From positions 64,001-128,000 of the forward strand of contig CAWFFN010000007.1 of NCBI GenBank assembly GCA_963815115.1: 64,000 nt of DNA, read 5' to 3'. Numbering within the stretch: position 1 is the first letter of the stretch; each line of letters starts with the position of its first letter. Of the stretch, positions 1 through 13,077 are shown piece after piece. Source of the DNA: an uncultured delta proteobacterium (lineage in GTDB: Bacteria; Desulfobacterota; Binatia; DP-6). A program made the position numbers and the translations under genes. The notes under the pieces are model-generated. The model was not told where the DNA came from. It did no database searches and saw only the letters and a list, made by a program, of their open reading frames with translations.

Positions 1-78
1 TGTGCGCGTCATCACCCAGGTGCCGGCGCCGGCGATTGCGAGGACGGCCGCCACCGCGACGAGTCGGCGCGCCGTCAG
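1..78 (-). CDS. Possible N-terminus of a membrane/secreted protein running off the left edge
   Basis: Minus frame reads LTARRLVAVAAVLAIAGAGTWVMTRT (basic residues then hydrophobic stretch); start codon uncertain. Confidence 0.25.
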   Translation of the reverse strand, partial: MTARRLVAVAAVLAIAGAGTWVMTRT

Positions 79-195
79 ATCGGTAGCCTCCGGCGGCGGC
101 GCCGTCGCATGCGACGCGCATGATATCGTGCGCTCGCCGGCACGGGCAACGTCGCACGTGCGCGCCCACGTGCCACATGGTAAGCGAGGAGCTGC

Positions 196-1663
196 ATGGG
201 GCAGCAACGGATCCATCCGGTGGTGCTCTGCGGCGGGTCGGGAACGCGCCTCTGGCCGCTGTCGCGCGCGCTGTATCCGAAGCAGCTCCTCGCCCTGGCC
301 TCCGAGCGAACGCTCCTCCAGGACACCCTTCTCCGCACCGCGGACGCCGGAGCGCTTCGCCGCTCCGATCGTGGTGGGGAACGAGGAGCATCGCTTCATC
401 CTGGCCGAGCAGCTGCGCGAGCTGGCCGTCGAGCCGGCGGTGCTCATCGTCGAGCCGGTGGGGCGGAACACCGCGCCCGCGGCGGCGGTGGCCGCGCTGC
501 TGCTCTCCCGCGAGCACCCCGACGCGCACATGCTGGTGATGCCGGCCGACCACGTGATCGGTGACCTGCACGCCTTTCACGACGCGCTCGACGCCGCGCT
601 CCGGGCCAGCGAGGCGGGACACCTCGTCACCTTCGGCATCACGCCCACTCGACCGCACGCCGGCTATGGCTACATCCAGCGCGGCGCGGCGCTCCCGACG
701 CTGCCTCGTTGCCACGCGGTGGCGCGATTCGTCGAGAAGCCGGACGCGGCGACGGCCGCGGCGTGGGTCGCCAGCGGAGCCTATCTGTGGAACAGCGGCA
801 TCTTCCTGTTCCCGGCCGCCCGCTATCTCGCCGAGCTCGAGCGGCACGAGCCCGCCATCGTCGCGGCTGCGCGCCAGGCGCTCGCCGGCGCCGAGCACGA
901 CCTCTCGTTTCTCCGGCTCGATGCCGGGGCCTTCGCCGCGTCGCCGGCGAACTCGATCGACTACGCGGTCATGGAGCGCGCCGGCGACGCGGTGGTGGTG
1001 CCCGTCGACATGGGCTGGAGCGACGTGGGCTCGTGGGCGGCGCTGTGGGCGGTGAGCAGCAAGGACGCGGCCGGCAACGCCACCCACGGCGACGTCATCG
1101 CGGTCGACGTCGCGGATTCGTTCCTGCGCAGCGACGGGCCGGCGATCGCGGCGGTCGGGCTGCGTGACGTCGTCCTGGTCGCGACCAAGGACGCCGTGCT
1201 CGCCGTCCATCGTGACCGGACCGAGGACGTGCGCGAGGTCGTCGAGCGGCTGCGGAGCGAAGGCCGTGTCGAGCACGTCTCGCACCGCGTGGTCTACCGT
1301 CCCTGGGGCTCGTACGAGACGACCGATCAGGGCCCCGGCTTCCGCGTGAAGCGCCTGGTCGTGAGCCCCGGGCAGAAGCTGTCGCTCCAGATGCATCATC
1401 ATCGCGCCGAGCACTGGGTGGTCGTGCAGGGTACGGCGCTGGTGGAGCGCGACGGTCAGACCATCGTTCTCGGCGAGAACGAGTCGACCTACATCTCGAG
1501 CGGCACGCCGCACCGGCTGGAGAACCCGGGACTGATCCCGCTCCACCTGGTCGAGGTGCAGACCGGGACGTATCTCGAGGAGGACGACATCGTGCGCCTC
1601 GACGACGACTATGGGCGGCCGACCCGAGACTCCGTCTCGGGTCGGGGCGGAGAGCGGGAATGA
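196..1663 (+). pseudogene. manC: Mannose-1-phosphate guanylyltransferase/mannose-6-phosphate isomerase with a single-base frameshift near 349 (real or sequencing error)
   Basis: ORF at 196 gives MGQQRIHPVVLCGGSGTRLWPLSRALYPKQLL; the protein continues in the 2..1663 frame (EPVGRNTAPA, FVEKP, WNSG, SIDYAVME, RPWG, LSLQMHHHRAEHW, EDDIVR). Last residues are derived from repeat element 1. Confidence 0.85.
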
Positions 1664-1904
1664 AGCTCGATGAACAGTGCAGGCGTCGTGCCGCCGGCGG
1701 CGGAGCCGCCGCGGCAGACGTGTCGGGGCACGATCCCGGCGCCGAAACGGCGTGCGTGCGGGTGGCGCAGGACGGCTTGGGCCGGAGCCTCGGGGGCGCG
1801 ACGTCTTGCCGCGCCGGCTTCGCCGGCCGCGGCACGGCGTTCACAAGCGCCACCGGACGCCACACACTCGCCTCCGCTTTCGACCCGAGACGGAGTCTCG
1901 GGTC
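1621..1904 (+). repeat. Fold-back REPIN/MITE-like element, copy 1 (284 bp)
   Basis: Terminal hairpins GACCCGAGAC-TCC-GTCTCGGGTC (1621-1643) and GACCCGAGAC-GGA-GTCTCGGGTC (1882-1904); internal imperfect inverted arms; homologous to 2860-3113 and 22808-23028. Confidence 0.9.
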
Positions 1905-1913
1905 GCGCTCCTA

Positions 1914-2912
1914 GTGGGGCCCGCCGAGCAGATCGTCGACTGGCTCCGGGAGACGCCGGAGCCCCTATCGGGCCAGGAGCTGGCGCGGCGGCTCGGCTGC
2001 TCCCGCGCGGCGGTCTGGAAGCACATCGCGGCCCTGCGCCAGGCGGGCTACGACATCCGCGGCCGGCGCTCGTCCGGCTACCTCCTCGCCGCGGTGCCGG
2101 ATCGGCTCGGATCGGCCGAGCTGGCGCCGCACCTGCGCGGCTCGTGGCGGCGGGTCGAGTGGCGCGCGGTGCTCGACTCGACGCAGAACCTGGCGCGCGA
2201 TCTCGCGCGGCGCGGGGCGCCCGAGGGAACGGTCGTCATCGCGGAGAGCCAGACGGCCGGTCGCGGGCGGCTGGGTCGCCAGTGGCACTCGCCCCCGGGG
2301 TGCAACCTCTACTGCTCGATCGTGCTCCGGCCGCCGCTCGCGCCCGCGGCCGTGCCCGCGCTCGCGCTGGTGGTGGGTCTCGCGGTGGCGGACGCGGTCC
2401 GGGCGGTAGCGGGGACCGGTGCCACCCTCAAGTGGCCCAACGACGTCCTGCTCGCGGGACGCAAGGTCGCCGGCATTCTCACCGAGCTCGACGCCGAGGT
2501 GGAGCGCGTGCACCACGTGATCCTGGGTATCGGGGTGAACGTGAACACCGACGACTTCCCGGCGGAGCTGGCCGCGAAGGCCACCTCGCTTCGCCTCGCC
2601 GCCGGCCGCCCGGTGGATCGTGCCCTCTTCACCGCCGGGTTGCTCGCCGCGCTCGAGGCACGTTATAGGCGCTTTCTCGCGGACGGGTTCGCTGCGATGC
2701 GGTCGGAGTGGGAGGCCTGTGCTGCTCTGACCGGGAAGGAGGTGCGGGTGACCGCACCCGAGGGCGAGGTGGCCGGTCGGGTTCTCGGCGTCGACGACGA
2801 TGGCGCGCTGCGGCTTGCCGGTCCGCGCGGCGAGTTGCGAGTCATCGCCGGAGAAATTCGGCCCGAGACTGCGTCTCGGGTCGAGACGGACGGCGAGAAT
2901 GAGGCTCGGTGA
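1914..2912 (+). CDS. birA: Bifunctional biotin--[acetyl-CoA carboxylase] ligase / biotin repressor
   Basis: HTH (SGQELARRLGCSRAAVWKHI), DSTQ, QTAGRGRLGRQW, KWPND, KVAGIL, GIGVNVN; GTG start at 1914 inferred; C-terminal tail comes from repeat element 2. Confidence 0.93.
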   Translation: MGPAEQIVDWLRETPEPLSGQELARRLGCSRAAVWKHIAALRQAGYDIRGRRSSGYLLAAVPDRLGSAELAPHLRGSWRRVEWRAVLDSTQNLARDLARRGAPEGTVVIAESQTAGRGRLGRQWHSPPGCNLYCSIVLRPPLAPAAVPALALVVGLAVADAVRAVAGTGATLKWPNDVLLAGRKVAGILTELDAEVERVHHVILGIGVNVNTDDFPAELAAKATSLRLAAGRPVDRALFTAGLLAALEARYRRFLADGFAAMRSEWEACAALTGKEVRVTAPEGEVAGRVLGVDDDGALRLAGPRGELRVIAGEIRPETASRVETDGENEAR

Positions 2913-3113
2913 TCAGTGCGAACGTCGTGCCGCGGCCGGCAGAGCCGGCGCGGCAAACGTTCCGGAGCACGGGCCCGTCGCTCGGACGCCATCCTTCCAA
3001 CCGCTACAGGTCGCCGGCCGCGGCCAGCGCCGCGGCCGCGGCACGGCCTCCGCAGGACCCACCGAACGTCACACCCTCGCGTCTCGTCCCGACCCGAGAC
3101 GCAGTCTCGGGTC
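2860..3113 (+). repeat. Fold-back REPIN/MITE-like element, copy 2 (254 bp)
   Basis: GGCCCGAGAC-TGC-GTCTCGGGTC (2860-2882) and GACCCGAGAC-GCA-GTCTCGGGTC (3091-3113); internal blocks AATGAGGCTCGGTGATCAGTGC and CACCGAACGTCACAC shared with the other copies. Confidence 0.9.
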
Positions 3114-3123
3114 GGATTGATCG

Positions 3124-3892
<769 letters not shown>

Positions 3893-3903
<11 letters not shown>

Positions 3904-5986
3904 GGAGGTCGCGAGACTACGAAACGTCGCCATCGTCGGGCAGGGCGGCACCGGCAAGACGAGCGTCGCCGACGCGCTGCTGTTCGCGGCCGGCGCAGTC
4001 ACCCGCATGGGTCGCGTCGACGACGGCTCGTCGGCCTTCGACGCCGAGGCCGAGGAGCAGCGCCGCAAGAGCACCATCGCGGCCGCGCTCCATCACGTCG
4101 CCTGGCGGAAGCACGAGGTGAACCTGATCGACACGCCGGGCTACTCCGCCTTCCTCCACGACACGCGCAACTGCCTCGTTGCGGCCACGGGTGCGGTACT
4201 GGTCCTCGGCCCGACCGGCGGCGAGGTGAAGGTGGAGACCGAGAAGGTGTGGGGCTGGTGCCGGGAGCTCGGCATCCCGGTGATCGGCTTCGTCAGCCGG
4301 CTCGACCGCGAGCGTGCCAGCGTCGCGAACGCGCTCGACGACCTGAAGCTGCTCGGCGTCACGCCCGCGGTCCTCCAGATCCCGATCGGAACGGAGGCCG
4401 AGTTCCGCGGTGTGGTCGACGTGCTGCGGCAGCGGGCGTTCCTCTACCAGGGCGACTCGGGCACGATGAAGGAGGAAGCCGTGCCCGCCGCGCTCGCCGA
4501 CGAGGTGGCCGCGGCGCGCGAGCGGCTCGTCGAGGTCATCGCCGAGGCGAACGACGAGCTCCTCGAGCGCTACCTCGACGGCACGGAGCTGTCGGCGGAC
4601 GAGCTGGCGGCGGGGCTGCGCGAGGGCACGCGGGCGGGCAAGTTCCTGCCGGTGCTGTGCGGCGCCGGGGCCAAGGGCATCGGCCTCCATCCGCTGCTCG
4701 ACGCCATCGTCGAGCTGCTGCCGTCGCCCGCGGACCTGCCACCGTGGGAAGGAGACGATCCGCGCACCGGCGAGCGCGTGCAGCGTGCGGCCGACTCGTC
4801 GGCGCCGTTCTCGGCCTTCGTGTTCAAGACCATCGTCGATCCGTTCGCCGGCAAGCTGACGGTGCTGCGCATCGTCTCGGGGCACGCGCGCGGGGACCTG
4901 AACGTGATCAACTCGTACCGCGACGGAAAGGAGCGCCTGGGGCACCTCCTGCGGCTGGAGGGCAAGAAGCAGGTGCAGATCCCGCAGGCCGTGGCCGGCG
5001 ACGTCATCGCGCTCGCGAAGCTGAAGGACACCCACTCGGGTGACACGCTGAGCGACGAACGCCAGGCGGTGGTCTATCCGCCGCTCCCGGACACGCCCGC
5101 GGTCATCTCCTTCGCGCTCCAGCCGAAGAGCAAGGCGGACGACGACAAGGTGATGCAGGCCCTCCATCGCCTGATGGAGGAGGACACCGCCCTGCGCGTC
5201 CACCGCGACGAGCAGACGAAGGAGTTCGTCATCTCGGGCGCCGGCCAGCTGCACGTCGAGGTGGCGGTGGAGCGCCTGCGGCGCAAGTTCGGCGTCGAGG
5301 TCGAGTTGAAGGCGCCCAAGGTGCCCTACAAGGAGACCATCAAGGGCAGCGCGGAGGCGCAGGGCAAGCACAAGCGCCAGACGGGCGGCCACGGACAGTA
5401 CGGCGACTGCTGGATCGAGCTGTCGCCGCTGCCGCGCGGCCAGGGCTTCGAGTTCGAGGACGACATCGTGGGCGGTGCCATCCCGCGCCAGTTCATCCCC
5501 GCGGTCGAGAAGGGCGTGCGCGAGCTCCTGCCCCAGGGAATCCTCGCCGGGTATCCCATCGTGGACGTCAAGGTCCGGCTCTACGACGGCTCCGCCCACG
5601 ACGTCGACTCCTCGGAGATGGCGTTCAAGATCGCCGCCTCGCTCGGCTTCAAGAAGGCGTTCGAGGAGTGCAAGCCGGTGCTGCTCGAGCCCGTCGTGAC
5701 GCTCACCGTGACGGTGCCGGACGAGTTCATGGGCGACATCATCGGGGACCTCAACAGCCGCCGCGGCAAGGTGCTCGGCGCCGAGCCCAAGGGCAGCGGC
5801 CAGCAGGTCATCCGCGCCCACGTGCCGATGGCCGAGGTGCTGCGCTACGCGCCCGACCTGCGCTCGATGACGCAGGGGCGCGGCGACTTCGAGATGGAGC
5901 TGGCGCGCTACGAGGAGGTCCCGGGCCACATCGCGGAGCGCATCATCAAGGAAGCGCAGGCGGCGCGGGCCGAGAAGCACGCCTGA
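3893..5986 (+). CDS. fusA: Elongation factor G paralog (EF-G2-like)
   Basis: GQGGTGKT, DTPGY, KHKRQTGGHGQYG, HDVDSSEMAFKIA, LRSMTQGRG; 697 aa; not within a ribosomal protein operon. Confidence 0.9.
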
Positions 5987-6013
5987 GCGGCGGCGGCGTT
6001 GCCTGCCGCCGCG

Positions 6014-7000
6014 ATGCGAGATAACAGCGGGCGAGTGGCGCTGCCGTACGGCTTGCTCAGCCGGCTGCATCAGGTCCGGTCGCGCGTCGCACCCGCGCTC
6101 CGGCACGCGGTGTACGGCGGCCGTCCGAGCTGGACGCGCGAGCCGAACACGCTCCCCTGGTTCGACCAGCCGGATGCTCTCGAGCGCATCCACGGTGACG
6201 ATGCGGACCTGCTGCGCGCCTGGGTGCGCGACGGCTACGTCGTCGTCGACGATCTCGTCGACCCGGCCGACATCGACGCCATGGTGGCGACGCTCGACGG
6301 CCTGTGGGACGGCGCGGCGCCCGTGCCCCACCTGGTGCTGCTCGACCTGCGCGACGACGCCGACGCGCCCGCGCGCAACGTCGCGCACGCCGAGCTCGTG
6401 CGGTGGGACCGCGAGCGGCGCGCCCGGGCGCGGGCGGCGTCCGACTGGCGCATCCACGGCTTCCACTACGTGAATCCTCCCGCCCGCCGCATCTTCCACA
6501 ATGGTCGCCTCGGCGCGCTCGCGAGCAGGCTCTTCGGCCGCCGGGCCCGGCCCTTCGCCGCCATCAACTTCATGAAAGGCAGCCGCCAGCACCTCCATCA
6601 GGACATGGGGGTGTTCCACATCTACCCGCACAATTACCTGATCGGTGCCTGGATCGCGTGCGAGGACGTGGCGCCCGACAGCGGTCCGCTCGTCATCCAT
6701 CCCGGCTCGCACCGGGCGCCGTTCTTCCCCGGCTTCGCCGACTATCCCCAGACCAACCTGCGCACGGCCGACGATGCGCTCGCGCAGGCCTACGAGGCCT
6801 ACGTCGGCGAGGTCGCGTCGCGCTACCCGCGCGAGGAGTTCCGCGCGCGCAAGGGCCAGGTGCTGTTCTGGCACGGCATGCTCGTGCACGGGGGCGCGCC
6901 GGTCCTCCGGCCGGGATCGACGCGCAAGTCGATGGTGTTGCACTACACCGTCCGCGGCGCCGATCGGGCGAAGGAGATCCGGGGGCCGGTGCGCTGGTAG
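6014..7000 (+). CDS. Phytanoyl-CoA dioxygenase family Fe(II)/2-oxoglutarate oxygenase
   Basis: HQD metal motif, GAWIACEDV, SGPLVIHPGSH, WHGMLVHGG, TRKS; start uncertain (5999-6035). Confidence 0.8.
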   Translation: MRDNSGRVALPYGLLSRLHQVRSRVAPALRHAVYGGRPSWTREPNTLPWFDQPDALERIHGDDADLLRAWVRDGYVVVDDLVDPADIDAMVATLDGLWDGAAPVPHLVLLDLRDDADAPARNVAHAELVRWDRERRARARAASDWRIHGFHYVNPPARRIFHNGRLGALASRLFGRRARPFAAINFMKGSRQHLHQDMGVFHIYPHNYLIGAWIACEDVAPDSGPLVIHPGSHRAPFFPGFADYPQTNLRTADDALAQAYEAYVGEVASRYPREEFRARKGQVLFWHGMLVHGGAPVLRPGSTRKSMVLHYTVRGADRAKEIRGPVRW

Positions 7001-7020
7001 CGGCCGTGACGCCGCGCGAC

Positions 7021-8019
7021 TCAGATCGGCAGCCGGCGCAGGACGCGTTCCGCGACGCGCGGCAGGAGGAGCGCGGCGAGGGCGCCGAGAGCCGGTCGGG
7101 CGAGCGCCGTCGCAGGCGAGTCGCGCAGGGCGCCGAGGACGAGCGGTACCGCCGCGCCGCGATCGGCGCTGGCGACCGCGCCGGCGAGATACCAGCGCAG
7201 GCGGGCCCGGGCGGCAGCGGGCGCCAGGCGCGCGGCCGCTTCCGTGCCGGGCTCGGCGTAGCGCCGCTCGATCACGGCGAGGCCGCTGCGCAGGAGAGCG
7301 TCGGCGCCGGTGTTGCCCTCGTGGCGGCGGTAGAGCGTCAGCTCCTCGTCCACGACGGTCACCCGATGGCGTCGTGCGATGCGCAGCCAGAGGTCCCAGT
7401 CCTCGCAGCCGTAGACGGGCAGGGTGTCGTCGAAGCCGCCGACCTCGACGAGGGAGCGGCGCCGTACCACGACGGATGCGAGGATCATGAAGTTGCCACG
7501 CATGAGCGCGGGGAAGACGTCGCCGGCGATCGGGTGCGGCGGCTTGCGGACGGGCAGGGGCGTGTCGGCGGCGTCGACGAAGCGGGCGATGGTGTAGCAC
7601 AGGGCGGCGTCGGGCTCGGCGGCCAGCGCCGCCAGCTGGCGCTCGAGCTTCTCGGGCAGCCAGCGGTCGTCGGCGTCGAGGAAGGCGATCAGCCGGCCGC
7701 GCGCTGCCGCGAGGCCGCGGTTCCGGGCCGCGGAGCGCTCGAGGCGGCGGCCAGGGAGGTAGCGGATGCGCTCGTCGTCGGCGTGGCGCTGGACCACGGC
7801 GCGGGTGTCGTCGGTCGAGCCGTCGTCGACCACGAGGAGCTCCCATTCGGAGACCGTCTGCTGGCGAACGCTCGCAATCGCCCCGTCGAGCCAGCACGCG
7901 TGGTCGTGGGTGGCGAGCACGATGCTGACGGCGGGCACGGCGTCTCCGACGCGTGGGGCGGCGCCCGTGGCGGACCTGGAACCATGCGGAGTGGAGGCGG
8001 CAGACACGGGGCGCTCCAT
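7021..8019 (-). CDS. Glycosyltransferase family 2
   Basis: [30 protein letters not shown]; true start may lie downstream. Confidence 0.88.
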   Translation of the reverse strand: MERPVSAASTPHGSRSATGAAPRVGDAVPAVSIVLATHDHACWLDGAIASVRQQTVSEWELLVVDDGSTDDTRAVVQRHADDERIRYLPGRRLERSAARNRGLAAARGRLIAFLDADDRWLPEKLERQLAALAAEPDAALCYTIARFVDAADTPLPVRKPPHPIAGDVFPALMRGNFMILASVVVRRRSLVEVGGFDDTLPVYGCEDWDLWLRIARRHRVTVVDEELTLYRRHEGNTGADALLRSGLAVIERRYAEPGTEAAARLAPAAARARLRWYLAGAVASADRGAAVPLVLGALRDSPATALARPALGALAALLLPRVAERVLRRLPI

Positions 8020-8188
8020 CGTCCGCGAGCAGCGTTAGCCGATGGGTTCCGGGAGGGCAAACCACACGGTCGTGGCATGACATCCCGCCGGGTGGCGTGC
8101 CCTTGACGACCCACGGGCCGGCAGCGTACCTGACCAGGAGAGGAACGGAGCGGTTGGCCGTGCGCGCGGGCCTCGCCCGTGCCCGGCG

Positions 8189-9868
8189 ATGCCCAGAGCA
8201 TTGAAGGCGAGCGAGACTCGAGGCGCCGCGGCCGCCGCGCGCGGCATCATCCTGACCGTCCTGATCGCGGGGCTCGGCCGCCAGGCGTTTGCCGAGCCCG
8301 TCGTGGTCGTCGACTCGGCGCGCTTCGGCAACGTGTTCGAGGCGAGCGACGTTCCGGAGCTCTTCGTTCGCACCACGGCGGATGCCGAGCGTGGCCTGCG
8401 CGGCCGGGTTCGCATCGTCGCCCACGACGCCTACGGGACCTCCGCGGGTCGCCTCACCTTCCCGGTCGACCTGGGACCGGGGGAGACCGACGTCCATTCC
8501 CTGGTCCTGCAGGTGCGCCACCTGGGACTGGTCACCGTCGCGGGCAGGATCGACGGAGCCGGCAGGCGCCGCTTGGCGAAGATCCACGCGACGGCGGCGG
8601 TCGTGCCGGACGTCGACGAGACCATTCCGGCCGAGCAGTCGGGCGCGGGCTACTTCGTCCTGCCGTTCGATTCCGAGCTTCCGATGGCGGACGACATCGC
8701 GGCCGAGATGCGGCGCCTGGGAATCCGCTGGGTCCGGCTCCTCTACGGCTGGTGGATGGACGACCGGCCGACGCGTCCCGACACCAGCGATCCGGGGTGG
8801 CTGGACTCCACCAGCTTCGAGCGCTGGGTCGACGCCTACCGGTCGCACGGCATCGAGGTCCTCGGTGTGCTCTTCGGCACCGCGCGCTGGGCCTCGTCGG
8901 CGATCGACGACGTGACGCCGCTGGTCGGCATCCCGCGCTGGGGACTCGTGGTGCCGCGGGACATGGCCGACTGGGAGCTGTTCGTGCGCACGCTCGCCGG
9001 ACGGGTCCAGGGACGGGTCACGAGCTGGGAGATCTGGAACGAGCCCGACATCCCGGTCTTCTGGACGTCGTCACCGCAGGACTTCGTGCACCTCGTGCGC
9101 TCGTCCGCGACGGTCCTCCGCGAGGTCGATCCGCAGGCGCGGATCGTGCTCAACCTGGTCGACCGGGAGACGCCGTACGGCCTCGGCTTCCGGGACGTCG
9201 TCCTCGGGGGCACCAGCGATCTCCTGGACGTCTTCGGGTACCACTACGGGGGGGCCGAGTTCGTCGCCGCCGCGCGCGCAATCCAGCCGCTGCTGCGTCC
9301 AAACGGCACGCTCTGGAATACGGAGGCCTACGGCGCGCCGCGCCGGCACGTCACGCGCTGGCTCGAGCAGCGCGCCCTGGGGATGGAGCGGTTGTTCCCG
9401 TACATCTACCACACGATCTTCGACGACGCCGACCTGCCGTCAGCCCAGCGCTTCGGGATCTACCCCGTGAACCTCGACTACACCCCACGTGCGGATGGGA
9501 TCGCGTTCCGCACGCTGAGCGATCTCGTGGGTTCCGCCGCGCCGCTGGGTGGCGGGCCCGCCGGCTTCGGCTACTCGGCCTTCACCTTCGACACCCCGGG
9601 CGGCCCGACGGTCGCGCTCGCCGACTTGAACGAGCTCGGTCCGACGTGGAATGGGCGGCCCGGGATCGCGCTCCGGCTGCGCGTGCCGCCCGCGGTCGAG
9701 CGCGTCGAGCTGATCGACCTGATGGGGAACCGGCGCTCGCAGCGCGTGCATCGCGGGCGGCTCGACATCCGGGTGCTCGGGATCGCCACGTTCCTGCGCT
9801 CCGAGCCGCCGGATGCGCTCACCGAGGTCCGCGTCGTGCACGCCCACCGCCTGCACCGGCGGCGGTGA
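8189..9868 (+). CDS. Secreted glycoside hydrolase-like protein (clan GH-A, GH39/GH5-like)
   Basis: Signal-like N-terminus, WEIWNEPD acid/base motif, WNTE nucleophile-like motif. Confidence 0.65.
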   Translation: MPRALKASETRGAAAAARGIILTVLIAGLGRQAFAEPVVVVDSARFGNVFEASDVPELFVRTTADAERGLRGRVRIVAHDAYGTSAGRLTFPVDLGPGETDVHSLVLQVRHLGLVTVAGRIDGAGRRRLAKIHATAAVVPDVDETIPAEQSGAGYFVLPFDSELPMADDIAAEMRRLGIRWVRLLYGWWMDDRPTRPDTSDPGWLDSTSFERWVDAYRSHGIEVLGVLFGTARWASSAIDDVTPLVGIPRWGLVVPRDMADWELFVRTLAGRVQGRVTSWEIWNEPDIPVFWTSSPQDFVHLVRSSATVLREVDPQARIVLNLVDRETPYGLGFRDVVLGGTSDLLDVFGYHYGGAEFVAAARAIQPLLRPNGTLWNTEAYGAPRRHVTRWLEQRALGMERLFPYIYHTIFDDADLPSAQRFGIYPVNLDYTPRADGIAFRTLSDLVGSAAPLGGGPAGFGYSAFTFDTPGGPTVALADLNELGPTWNGRPGIALRLRVPPAVERVELIDLMGNRRSQRVHRGRLDIRVLGIATFLRSEPPDALTEVRVVHAHRLHRRR

Positions 9869-9881
9869 TTCCCGACGTCCA

Positions 9882-10924
<1,043 letters not shown>

Positions 10925-10928
<4 letters not shown>

Positions 10929-12082
10929 GCCGGCGACTCCCCGCCCGCGGGCGGATCGAGCCGCCGGCTCAGCAGCCCGCGGCTCTCGAGCTCGTGCTGC
11001 GCCTGCGCGAAGTGATCCGCGGAGGCGGCGTCGCGGCACCACGCGAGCAGCTCGCGCAGCCCGTCCTCCCAGGCGACGCGGGGCACGAAGCCGAGGCGGC
11101 GGCGGGCGCGCGACACGTCCGCGGTGCAGTGGCGGATGTCGCCGCGGCGGAACTGCCCGGTCACGCGCGGCGTGAGGTCCTCGCGACCCGTCAGGGTCGC
11201 GAGGGTCCGTCCGATGTCCGCGATGCGCCGGGGCTCGCCGCTGCCCAGGTTGATCACCTGGCCGTCGGCGTCACCGGTCGCGAGCACGCGGAGCGCCGTG
11301 TCGGCGACGTCGTGGACCGAGATGAAGTCGCGGCTCTGGCCGCCGTCCTCGTACACCACCGGGTGCTCGCCCGCGATCAGGCGGGCGAGGAAGATGGCGA
11401 GGACGCCGGTGTACGGATTGCTGAGCGACTGCCGCGGTCCGTACACGTTGAACAGGCGCAGGCAGACGACCGGGAAGCCGTAGACGCCGGCGAGGCTCAG
11501 GGCGAGCTCCTCCTGCCAGCGCTTGGTCAGCGCATAGACGTTGCGCGCGAGCAGCGCGGAGTCCTCGGGCGTGGGAGCCGGCTCGAGCGCCTCGCCGGTG
11601 TCGGGGCAGACCGGCTCCCAGCCGTGGCGGGCGATGTCGTCCTCGGTCCGGGCGTCGACGCGGAGGAGGCAGCCATCGGACGGACGGCGGTACACCCCTT
11701 CGCCGTACCCGGTCATCGAGGTGAAGACCAGGAGCTTTCTCAGGCGGGACGCATGAGACTGCAGGGAGTCGAGGAGGGTGGCGGTGCCGCGGACGTTCAC
11801 GTCCACGTAGTGCTCGACGCGGTAGAGCGACTGGCCGACGCCGACCGCCGCGGCCGCGTGGACGACCGCATCGACGTCCGCGACGATGCGGTCGAGCAGC
11901 GCACGATCGCGCACGTCGCCCCGGATCAGCTCGGCCTGGGGCGCCAGATACGCCGGAGGTCCGGCGGGGTGCACCTGGGGGTCGAGGTTGTCCAGCACGC
12001 GCACCGCGTGCCCGGCTGCCACCAGCCGGTCGACGACGAAGGAGCCGATGAAACCGGCCCCGCCGGTGACCAGGACGCGCAT
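10925..12082 (-). CDS. NAD-dependent epimerase/dehydratase (dTDP-L-rhamnose 4-epimerase WbiB-like)
   Basis: [44 protein letters not shown]. Confidence 0.85.
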
Positions 12083-12187
12083 GTCGGCGGCGGATCTACC
12101 GCAGTCCGGCGCGCCGGAGCAACGACGGCGCAGGTGCGACGCGCGTTCGCCTTGCAATCCCGCCGGGGGTCGTCTAGCCGGACCACA

Positions 12188-12988
12188 GTGAGGCTCTCGG
12201 TCGTCATCCCGGCGCGCAACGAGGCCGCCAACATCGGGTCCACGCTGGACGCCCTGCGCGCGCGGCTGGGCAGGGAGGCGATCCCGTACGAGCTGGTCGT
12301 GGTCGATGACGGCAGCACCGATGCGACGCCGCTCGAGGTCGAGACCCGGGCCGCGGGCGATCCGGGCATCCGTCTGGTGCGGAATGCCGGGGTCCACGGC
12401 TTCGGGCACGCGGTCCGCTGCGGGCTCGACGCGTTCAGCGGCGATGCCGTGGCGATCGTGATGGCCGACGGCTCCGACAGCCCGGACGACCTGGTGCGCT
12501 ACTACTACGTGCTGCGGGACCGCGCCGAGTGCGCCTTCGGGTCGCGCTTCGTCCCGGGAAGCGAGGTGGTGGACTATCCCCGCTTCAAGCTCCTCGTGAA
12601 CCGAATCGCGAACTGGTTCATCCGCATGCTCTTCGGGCTGCGCTACAACGACGTGACGAACGCCTTCAAGGCCTACCGCGCCAACGTCATCGAGGGCTGC
12701 CGCCCGTTCCTGTCGCCGCACTTCAACCTCACCGTCGAGATTCCGCTCAAGGCGATCGTCCGCGGCTACAGCTACGAGATCTTGCCGATCGGCTGGCGCC
12801 AGCGCCATCACGGCGTCTCGAGCTTGAAGCTCCAGGAGATGGGCAGCCGCTATCTCTTCATCGTCCTGCACGTCTGGCTGGAGAAGATGCTCACCCGCGG
12901 CGACTACCGGCGGAGCGACGCCGGCGAGCCGTTCCGTCCCTTCGCCGGCGAGCGGAGCGAGACACCCCCGGCCGCCGCGAGGCGCTGA
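12188..12988 (+). CDS. Glycosyltransferase family 2 (DPM1-like)
   Basis: [36 protein letters not shown]; GTG start inferred. Confidence 0.85.
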   Translation: MRLSVVIPARNEAANIGSTLDALRARLGREAIPYELVVVDDGSTDATPLEVETRAAGDPGIRLVRNAGVHGFGHAVRCGLDAFSGDAVAIVMADGSDSPDDLVRYYYVLRDRAECAFGSRFVPGSEVVDYPRFKLLVNRIANWFIRMLFGLRYNDVTNAFKAYRANVIEGCRPFLSPHFNLTVEIPLKAIVRGYSYEILPIGWRQRHHGVSSLKLQEMGSRYLFIVLHVWLEKMLTRGDYRRSDAGEPFRPFAGERSETPPAAARR

Positions 12989-13077
12989 GGGCGACGTTCC
13001 CGCGCCGCTGCGGAGGACTCCGCGCGCGCCGGACGCGCGCGCTTGAACCACCCAGGGCTTTCCGGTTTGACCGTCCC

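Noticed and set aside
1621-3113. Palindromic repeats as a CRISPR array
   Set aside because: Spacing is 200-950 bp, repeats come in inverted pairs, interiors are homologous rather than unique, and no cas genes are present
3917-8848. 1643-aa minus-strand ORF
   Set aside because: Antisense shadow of fusA2 and neighbours; no recognisable motifs; expected in GC-rich DNA with biased third positions
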